From positions 29,202,001 to 29,266,000 of the forward strand of contig OX597822.1 of the NCBI GenBank assembly GCA_951406725.2: a stretch of DNA of 64,000 bases, written 5' to 3'. The notes beneath the pieces were generated by a model. It did not search any database. It worked only from the letters and a program-made list of their open reading frames with translations, and had not been told where the DNA came from. This DNA is from Octopus vulgaris. Lineage: Eukaryota. Positions 54,538 through 64,000 of the stretch are shown here, in pieces. A program made the translations under genes and the position numbers. Within the stretch, counting starts at the first letter, position 1; the number at the start of each line of letters is the position of its first letter.

Positions 54538-56113
54538 ACACACATTTATATATTTAGTATATAAATGCAAGTTTATATGGTTATGTATGTTTGTTTAGCC
54601 CTGGAAGGCTCTGAAACGCTACATCCTTGAGGAGAACAAATTCGATTTGCAAAATCTGCGTCCCACCTAACATTCAAATCAACATCTCTCTCACTCTCTC
54701 TGTCACTATCAAGCATTATCAAATATGAAACTCTCTGTTTAGTAGAGGGGACAGATATGTTTAATATATATAAAAAAAAAAATACTGCTTCGACCAGCTT
54801 ATGGTGAAACTTGAGTAGACTGTTGTTTTTTATGAAAAAATTTCTAATGTTTCATTTCATTTTTGTAATATACTGTAGAACATATCCATTTTCACTCAAA
54901 ACAGTGTATTACAATTACTGTAAAAAATTCTTTGAATATATAATGAACCCCACTGAGTGGCACCCACTGTGTGGTAAGTTGTTTGCTTACCAACCACATG
55001 GTTCCAGGTTCAATCTCACTGCGTGGCACCTTGGGCAAGTGTCTTCTACTGTATCCTTAGGCCGACCAAAACCTTGTGAGTAGATTTGGTAGACGGAAAC
55101 TGAAAGAAACCCATCGTATATGTATATATATATATGTCTGTGTGTGTGTGTGTGTGTCTGTGTTAGTTCCCCACCATCCCTTGGCAACCGATGCTGATGT
55201 GTTTATGTCCCCTGTAACTTAGCGGTTCGACAAAAGAGACAGATAGAATAAGTACTAGGCTTACAAAAAATAAGTCCTGGGGTTGATTTGCTTGACTAAA
55301 GGCGGTGCTCCAGCATGGCCACAGTCAAATGATTGAAACAAATAAAAGAATAAAAGAATGTCCCTGTAACTTAGCGGTTCGGCAAAAGAGATCTATAGAA
55401 TAAGTACTACGCTTACAAAAAATAAGTCCTGGGGTCGATTTGCTCGACTAAAGGCAGTGCTCCAGCATGGCTGTATTCAAATGACTGAAACAAATAAAAG
55501 AAAGAAAAAAAAGACTATAGACACAGGTATAGCTGTGTGGTCAAGAACCTTGGTTTACAACCATGTGGTTTCTTGTTCAATCCCTATGCACAACACCCTT
55601 GGGCAAGTTTCTTCTACAATAGCTCTGGGTTGGCTGGAGCCCTGTGAATGAATTTGGTAAATGGGGACTAAGAGAAAGCCCATCATGTGTGTGTGTGTTT
55701 GTTCCCTCCTCATTTGATAATTGCTGTTGGTTTGTTTACGTCCCTGTAACTTAATGGCTTGGCGGAAGAGACCAACAGAATAGGTACTAGGCTTAAAAAT
55801 TAGTACCGGTGTTGATTTGTTCAACTAAAGCAGTGCTCCAGCATGGCCACAGTTCAGTGATTGAAACAAGTTTTAAAAAATGTGTGCGCACACACAAACA
55901 CACACACAAACACACACACACACACATACACACACACATTTTAGTATTAAATTTCATGCTGTTCATTTTCCTGGGTATTCTTCCCAAGCCATTCTCTCTC
56001 CCAGTCTCTACCTGCTGTCTGTGTGTGTATATATGTATATATACATATACATACATACACAGATGTGTGTGTATATATATATGTGTATATATACATACAT
56101 ACATACACACAGA

Positions 56114-56161
<48 letters not shown>

Positions 56162-56472
56162 TGTATACGTATATACATATACACGCACACATATACATAT
56201 ATAATTATTGTTACATACATTTTTTCCATGCTTGCATGGGTGGGATGCTTTACTCCTTGCCCTTCCTGCTGCTATTCAGTCAACCATGAAGTAGGTGTGG
56301 AACCTGAGTTTTTCTTTTTTTTTCTTTTTTTTGTTCAGTCAAGCAAACTGGAACAAGCAAACTTTTGCTTGGAGGAATGACACAACAATAAAATCTGAAC
56401 TTGTGATTAGGAATATATTTGTGTGTGTATGCATTGTATTTATGTGTATGTATTGTATATATGTATGTATAT

Positions 56473-56504
<32 letters not shown>

Positions 56505-59154
56505 CCTCCTCCTTATCATCATCATAATTTTTATGTCCTCTTTTTTATGATCGAATTGGTTGGGTGGAATTTGTCTAGGCAGATTTTCTAGAGTCTGATG
56601 TCCTTCCTGTTGCTCACCCTCACCTGTTTCTGAGCAAGGTAAAATATTTCTCCACGACCGAACATGTTTTCCTGGAAGATTGGAACCAATTGACACTGCT
56701 TGTATGATGGTGATGCTCATTTACAACAGGAAATCAGTGCTATCCTTAATACACAAATAAAGAATTTTTATCCATCATTGCAGTGTTAACCCCTCGTTCT
56801 CATTGTTTGATATTTACATTCTTTTGTTTCAGTTGTTTGATGGCGGCCATGCTGGAGCACTGCCTTTTAGTTGAAGAAATCACCCCCAGGACTTATTCTT
56901 TGTAAGCCTGGTCTGTTTTGACGAACTGCTAAGTTATGGGGACATAGACATACTGTCATCTGTTGTCAAGTATTGGTGGGTGGGACAAAGACACACACAC
57001 ACAGGATGGGCTTCTCTCAGTTTCAGTCTACCAAATCCACTCACAAGGTTTTGGTCGGCCTGAGGTTAAAGCAGAAGACACTTGCCCAAGGTGCCATGAA
57101 GTGGGACTGAACCCAGAACCATGTAGCTGGGAAGCAAACTTCTTCTACACAGCCATACCTGCACATATATATATATATATATATTTATTATCATCATCAT
57201 TAACATTTAATATCCATTGTCCATGCTAGCATGGGTTAGACAGTTTGACTGAGCTGGCACGCTGGAAGGTTGCACCAGGTTCCCTTCTGATTTAGCATGG
57301 TTTTCTACAGCTGGATGCCTTTCCTAATGCCAACCACTCTGAGAGCGTAATGGGTGTTTTTTATGTGCCACTGGCATGGGTGCCATTTGCATGACACCGG
57401 TATCTCCCACAACTGCGATTTTGCTCAGCTTGATGGGTCTTCTTTTCAAGCACATCAAAGTGCCAAAGGTCTTGGTCATCACCTCTGCATAAGGCCAACG
57501 AATTCAGGGGAAGGATGAAATTGATTACATGCCTCCCACTCCTCAACTGGTAGTTATTTTATTGACCCTGAAAGGATGAAAGACAAAGTGGACCTAGGTG
57601 GAATTTGAACTCAATACATAAAGATGGACAGGATGCTGCTAAGCAGTTTGCCCAGCATGCTAATGATTCTGCCTGCTTGCTGCCTTAGTCTTTATTTGTA
57701 TATATAGCATCATGGTGAAGGCACATGGCTTAGTGTTTTGGGTATTCAGCTCATGATCATAAGGTTTTGAGTTCAGTTCCCAGTGAAGCACTGTGTCCTT
57801 GAGCAAGACACTTTGTTTCACATTTTTCCAGTCCACTCAGCGGGCTAAAATGAGTAGTACCTAAGGTGGCGAGCTGGCAGAAATGTTAGCATGCCAGGTG
57901 AAATGCTTAGCATGCCAGGTGAAATGCTTAGCAATATTTCGTCTGTCTTTACATTCTGAGTTCAAATTCTGCCTAGGTCAACTTTGCCTTTCATCCTTTC
58001 GGGGGTCAATAAATTAAGTACCAGTTGCGTACCGGAGTCGATCTAATCAACTGACTTCCTCCCCAAAAGTTTCAGACCTTGTGCCTAGAGTAGAAAAGAA
58101 AATGAGTGGTACCTGTATTTCAAAGGGCCAGACTTGTTACATTCTTAGTCACACTAAAGTTCCTTGAGAACTACATTAAGGGTACACATGCACGTTGATT
58201 TCATGAGTAGGCTGTTCCGTTGATCGGATTAACTGGAACCCTCACCATCATAAGCGATATCATCATCATCATTGTTTTACATCCACTTTCCCATACTTGC
58301 GTGGGATACCTACAAATATGTATACAGAAAGGCCTTCTTGTAAATTTCCATCTGTGAAGTACTCTCACTAGGCTTTGGTTGGCTTGGGGTCTTCGGTAGA
58401 AGACACTAGTCCAAGGTTCTGTACAGTGAAACTGAACCCAAAACCATGTGAATGGGAAGCATATTTCTTTACCTCACTGCCATATGTATATTATGTATAA
58501 GTGCGTGTACGTGTATATAAATGTATATGTGCATATATGTATGTATAGATATATATGTGTATGCATATGTGTGTTTGTATTGACTTGTTGCTGTGTATCT
58601 ATACACTCGTTTGCTTCCGAGTGGTTATACTCTTTTGCTTGAGGGATTTCCCGTACTAGAATTGACATTTTTGATTTGTGAGAACATTTGGGTTTGCTGC
58701 CATGCTTTGTGGATTTTGTGCACATGGTTGGATTAAGGCGAGCAAGGATGTTCCACTATGTTGGCCAGAAGATTAAAAAAAAAAAAAAGAAATCCTTCCA
58801 GGTTGACATTGTGCTTCATGTAGTGTATCAAAACTCAGCAGTTTTTGAGAGAGATAGCGAGAGAGAGAGAGAGAGAGAGAGAGATCTAATAATTCTTACC
58901 TTTTTAACACTTCAACTATGACATGCATTAATTTTTTTTCTTAGTTTAGATTCATTAATTTCTTTAACCCTCTTAGCATTCAGATTATACTGTCAAATGC
59001 AATGCTTCTTCATACACATTGTTTTGAATTGCTCCAGCATGGGATTGCTCAATGTGACTGAATATCCTGAGCATTAAGGTTGAAATTTATCCAAGTTTCC
59101 ATGTAAGCAACCAAGAGTACAATACTCACCATCTGTCTCTGGGTCACCTCCTAG

Positions 59155-59306
59155 CAATAGCATAGCTAGGATGTGCGGTCTGCCCCAGACGGCACTTTTC
59201 ATCCTGTTGTAGGCTATTACTATAGGCAACATGTGTATTTTGTGGGGTCTGGGGGCAGCAAACAGAAGGGCCACCCTGGGCAGCACACACGCTAGCTACA
59301 CTAGTA
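59155..59306. mobile_element. Small hAT-type MITE
   Basis: Perfect 8-bp TSD cctcctag (59147-59154, 59307-59314); decayed TIRs caatagcatagctag / ctagctacactagta. Confidence 0.72.
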
Positions 59307-59555
59307 CCTCCTAGCTGTTGTTGGTCGTTGGTAGTAATTTTCAACTGAGTGGACTGCAGCAATGTGAAATGATGTGGTTTGCTAAAGAACTCAACTTGCT
59401 ACCCAGTCTGGGAATCGAAACTACAACTGTAGGATCATATGTCTGATGCCCTAACCACTGAGCCATGTATTTGTCTTCACATGCAGCCTGAAATACCTGG
59501 CAATCAATGTCTACAGAAAAAAAAAATGTGAATCAAGGAGGAAACCACGATGAAT

Positions 59556-59718
59556 GTAAGGAGTGGCTGTGTGGTAAGTAGCTTGCTTACCAACTACATG
59601 GTTCCAGGTTCAGTCCCACTGCGTGGCACCTTGGGTAAGTGTCTTCTACTATAGCCTCGGGCCGACCAAAGCCTTGTGAGTGGATTTGGTAGACGGAAAC
59701 TGAAAGAAGAAGCCCATC

Positions 59719-59760
<42 letters not shown>

Positions 59761-60005
59761 ATGATATATGTATGTATGTTTATGTGTGCGTGTGTATATG
59801 TTTGTGTGTCTGTGTTTGTCCCGCCAACATCGCTTGACAACTGATGCTGGTGTGTTTACGTCCCCGTCACTTAGCGGTTCGGCAAGAGAGACCGATAGAA
59901 TAAGTACTAGGCTTACAACGAATAAGTCCTGGGGTCGATTTGCTCGACTAAAGGCGGTGCTCCAGCATGGCCGCAGTCAAATGACTGAAACAAATAAAAG
60001 AAAAG
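59556..60005 (+). mobile_element. SINE family A, full-length young copy
   Basis: Matches the 19699 and 61403 copies with most CpGs retained. Confidence 0.9.
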
Positions 60006-60583
60006 AAAAAGTAAAGGGAAGTCTGGAGAACAAAAAATATTTATAAATATTATTTTTTTTTCTTGCTGTTCAGGTATTAAAACAAAAACAACAACAAAAA
60101 CTAGTTTGTGTTTCCTCATATTTTAGTAGCCAGGTAAAGAACAGCAGGTCATGTAGTGTTATGATGTCATAGTTTTGGGTACAGATTCACCTTATGTTCC
60201 GCCTGCTCCTCCCTGCCACCACACACATACATGCATACACCTGAGCACAATTTAAGGATATTTTATCAGTTTCTTCTTTCTGCCAGTGGCAACTGTGTAA
60301 ACAAAACAGTCATGTGACATGAAACCTGACTAAAGTCACATACATGCACACACACACACACGTGTGTGTGTGTGTGTGTGTATAGATATGTATATTTATA
60401 TATATATGCATATCATGTATATTTATGTATATGCATATATATGCATATTTATTTATAGATATATGTATATTCAATTATATATATTTATGTGTGTGTGTAT
60501 TATATATGTTTGTGTATATACATATACATATATATATATATATATGTGTATATACTTATATACACGCTCACACATATACATAC

Positions 60584-60616
<33 letters not shown>

Positions 60617-60702
60617 TGTATATGTATATATATATATATTAAAATTATAATTTAGGGTATCCAAGAGATACCATGCTTATCGATATTTATATTAATTTAT
60701 AC

Positions 60703-60743
<41 letters not shown>

Positions 60744-61366
60744 GCGCATATACATACACACACACACACATATATACATATATACATACATACATATACA
60801 CACACAGATATGTATGTATCATGTATTTAATGTTATGCCAGAAACATTGTCTTCAAAGGTATTTAACAACTGATCTCAAGTTAAGAAGGATACTAGAAGT
60901 TTAGGCTGTTATAGCATAGTTCTATGACTAACCAGCAACATTACTACCAAACAAACACCCACCCATCACTACCACCACTGCAATTGCTAGTACTCTTTGT
61001 AATAGTAGTAGTACTGTTAGTAATAATAATAATAACAGCAGTTGTAGAAGTATCATATCTTATATTATTAATACTACTCTTCGTACAATATAAAATATGC
61101 TGGCTGATGAGAATACATACATACGGATTATATATATATATATATATGTATATGTATACACACACACAAGTTTCAAGGATGGTGTTTCAGATTTCGTTAT
61201 CTCTTATGTAATCAGTAGATTCAGTCACTGACCACAATAATTAAGGTGTAGGAGGATACTGATGGTGTAGACCCAGTAATTATAGTACTAACGAGCATGA
61301 TCAAATGATCCCGTTGCATTGTTAACTTGATGCTCTTGAGGTTCTTTGGTGAGTGCAAAAAAAAAA

Positions 61367-61402
<36 letters not shown>

Positions 61403-61804
61403 GGCGCAGGAGTGGCTGTGTGGTAAGTAGCTTGCTAACCAACCACATGGTTCCGGGTTCAGTCCCACTGCGTGGCACCTTGGGCAAGTGTCTTCTGCTA
61501 TAGCCCCGGGTCGACCAATGCCTTGTGAGTGGATTTGGTAGACGGAAACTGAAAGAAGCCCGTCGTATATATGTATGTATATATATATATGTATGTGTGT
61601 GTGTTTGTGTGTCTGTATTTGTCCCCCCAACATTGTTTGACAACCGATGCTGATGTGTTCATGTCCCCGTTACTTAGCGGTTCGGCAAAAGAGACCGATA
61701 GAATAAGTACTGGGCTTACAAAGAATAAGTCCCGGGGTCGAGTTGCTCGACTAAAGGCAGTGCTCCAGCATGGCCGCAGTCAACTGACTGAAACAAGTAA
61801 AAGA

Positions 61805-61806
<2 letters not shown>
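61403..61806 (+). mobile_element. SINE family A, full-length, flanked by (TA)n
   Basis: Complete head-to-tail unit. Confidence 0.9.
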
Positions 61807-61856
<50 letters not shown>

Positions 61857-63342
61857 AATCAAAGCAGATGTGGCTGTCTGGTTGAGAAACTTGCTTTTGA
61901 ACCGTGTGACTTCAGGTTCAGTCCCACTGTGTGACATCTTGGGCAAGTGTCTTTTACTACAACCCTGGACTGACCAAAGCTTTCTGAGTGGAATTGGTTG
62001 ATGGAAACTGAAAGAAGCCTGTCTTATAGATACTTGTGTATTTGTGTGCGTTTGAGTTTGTGTTTGTTTCCACCACTGCTTAATAACTGCTGTCGGTTTG
62101 TTTGCATTCCTACAATGTAGCGGTTTGGCAGAACAGAATGATAGGAAAAGTACGAGGCTTAAAAAAAAAATATATATATAAGTACTGGGATTGATTTGTT
62201 TGACTAAGCCCTTGAAAGTTGTGCCCCAGCATGGCCACAATCTAATGACTGAAACGAGTAAAAGCCAAGAGTAAGAGACATTACCATGACATATCATTTC
62301 ATGTCATATGAACGGATTCATTCACATCTTGAGATTTAATGACTGCAAGTATATATCAAACATGGCTTTGTAGTTAGGAAGCACCACCACCTTCACCACC
62401 ATCTTCATCATCGTAACCCCCCCCCCCCCCGCTACTGCCTTCACCACCACCATTGCCTTCCCCCTCCTCAACCATTATCATTGTCATTAGTTTTGCTGAT
62501 GTAGTTAGTATTTGTGGGGGTTTAATCTCTTATAGTGTCTACACTGACTCTGTCCCTCTATGTAATGTGATGATGATGGCGGTGGTGGTGATGGGGTGGG
62601 TATTACAATGATCTCTTAACTGATATTGTTGACCTTTACACTACACAGGTGTGGTATATCTTTTAATCCATTCCCTTTGGTCATTTTCAACAAAAAAATT
62701 TGATATTTGTTGACATTTCATTACTGTCTTAGTGGGGAGGGAGTCTTTTTTTTTTTTTATACACTGTCCTTACAGATATAACTGGCACTTGATATAACTG
62801 ACACACACACAGTGCTGTGTAGGAAGCACCCATGCTAGTACCACATAAGAAGCACCTAGTACACTCTGTAAAGTGGTTGGCATCAGAAAGGGCATCCAGC
62901 TGTAGGAACTTTGCCAAAACAGATGACTGGAGCCTGGTACAGCCCTCCAGTCTACCAGCTCCTGTCATACTGTCCAACCCATACCAGCATGGAAAACAGA
63001 TGTTAAATGATGATGATGATGATGTTATCTATTCACATATGATAGGTTTCTTTCAGTTTTCATCATCATCATCATCATTATCGTTAAACATCCGTTTTCC
63101 ATTCTGGCATGGGCTGGATGGTTTGACTGGTCCACTCACACCAGGCTCCAATCTGATCTGGTAATGTTTCTGCAGCTGGATGTACTTCCTAATGCCAACC
63201 ACTCCGAGAGTGTTGTGAGTGCTTTTTACATGCCACCAGCACAAGAGCCAGTCGGGGCAAGGGGGCTGGCATCGACCACATTCAGATGGTGCTTTTTAAG
63301 TGCCACTGTCACGTCACTTCACAGAGGTTATAACTTATCCTG

Positions 63343-63489
63343 ATTATTTACATTATTTACATTTGATGGATATTTGTCCTCGTCTTGTTTGTTGTTAACA
63401 CGTTTCGCCTGATATACCCTCCAGCCTTCATCAGGTGTCTTGGGGAAATTTCGAACCTGGGTTCTCATTCCAAAGGTATTTTTTGGTGC

Positions 63490-63524
<35 letters not shown>

Positions 63525-63836
63525 TCACTGCTTGGAATTGAACTCGGAATCTAGGGGTTCGTTGCCCGCTCTCTTAACCACTATGCCATATGCCCATGGG
63601 CATATGGTGTAGTGGTTAAGAGCGTGAGCATATGGCATAGTGTTTAAGAGTGCGGGCTACTAACCCCAAGATTCCAAGTTCAATTCCAAGCAGTGACCTG
63701 AATAAATAATAATAATAATAATAACATTGAAAAATACCTTAGGAATGAGAACCCAGGGTATATCAGCTGAAATGTTGTGTTAACAACAAACAAGATGAGG
63801 ACAAATATCCATCAAATGTAAATAATGTACATAATT
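63343..63836. mobile_element. Palindromic element: head-to-head pair of [tRNA-like head, (AAT)n, hammerhead] units
   Basis: Symmetry centre gccca|tgggc at 63596/63597; arms are reverse complements; ctgatga…gaaac core on the minus strand at 63434-63402. Confidence 0.8.
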
Positions 63837-64000
63837 CCTTATCTCTTAAATATACAACTGTATTAATCTGATTAGGATTGATATCTTTTGATCATGTACA
63901 AAGGGTCACTGGTTACAGATACTTACTTAAGTCTTTTGATCCCTATAATATATAAGCTGTCAATGACATTCATCCATTGTTTTTGACTCTAGACTGTCTG

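Noticed and set aside
58643-58652. Single perfect kappaB-type site GGGATTTCCC, and gtcatgtgac near 60309
   Set aside because: Isolated short motifs are expected by chance in 64 kb; no supporting context.

Overview
Eukaryotic, AT-rich, repeat-dense DNA, most likely from an octopod cephalopod (inferred from the tRNA-derived SINE families with internal (TA)n(TG)n tracts). Most ORF-track entries are translations of microsatellites or SINEs. The one confidently recognisable host gene piece is the first coding exon of a GAP1-family RasGAP (RASA3/RASA2-like, + strand, 47029-47080); its first intron appears to run past the window end. The rest is nested transposon debris: four SINE-like families, a full-length but disrupted mariner, a maT (DD37D) remnant, hAT/piggyBac/GG-ended MITEs, Helitron pieces, Tx1, RTE and R4-like LINE fragments, a Penelope-like RT relic and an LTR with a tRNA-Trp primer-binding site (PBS). 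Most interesting: (i) several short microsatellite-flanked elements carrying minimal hammerhead ribozyme cores, one fused to a tRNA-like Pol III head in a palindrome, plus a recurrent non-canonical hammerhead-like motif; (ii) a PPT-LTR-PBS insert without TSD that looks like captured plus-strand strong-stop cDNA; (iii) a perfect 259-bp palindrome and a permuted inverted duplication. All calls were made by eye; no searches were run.
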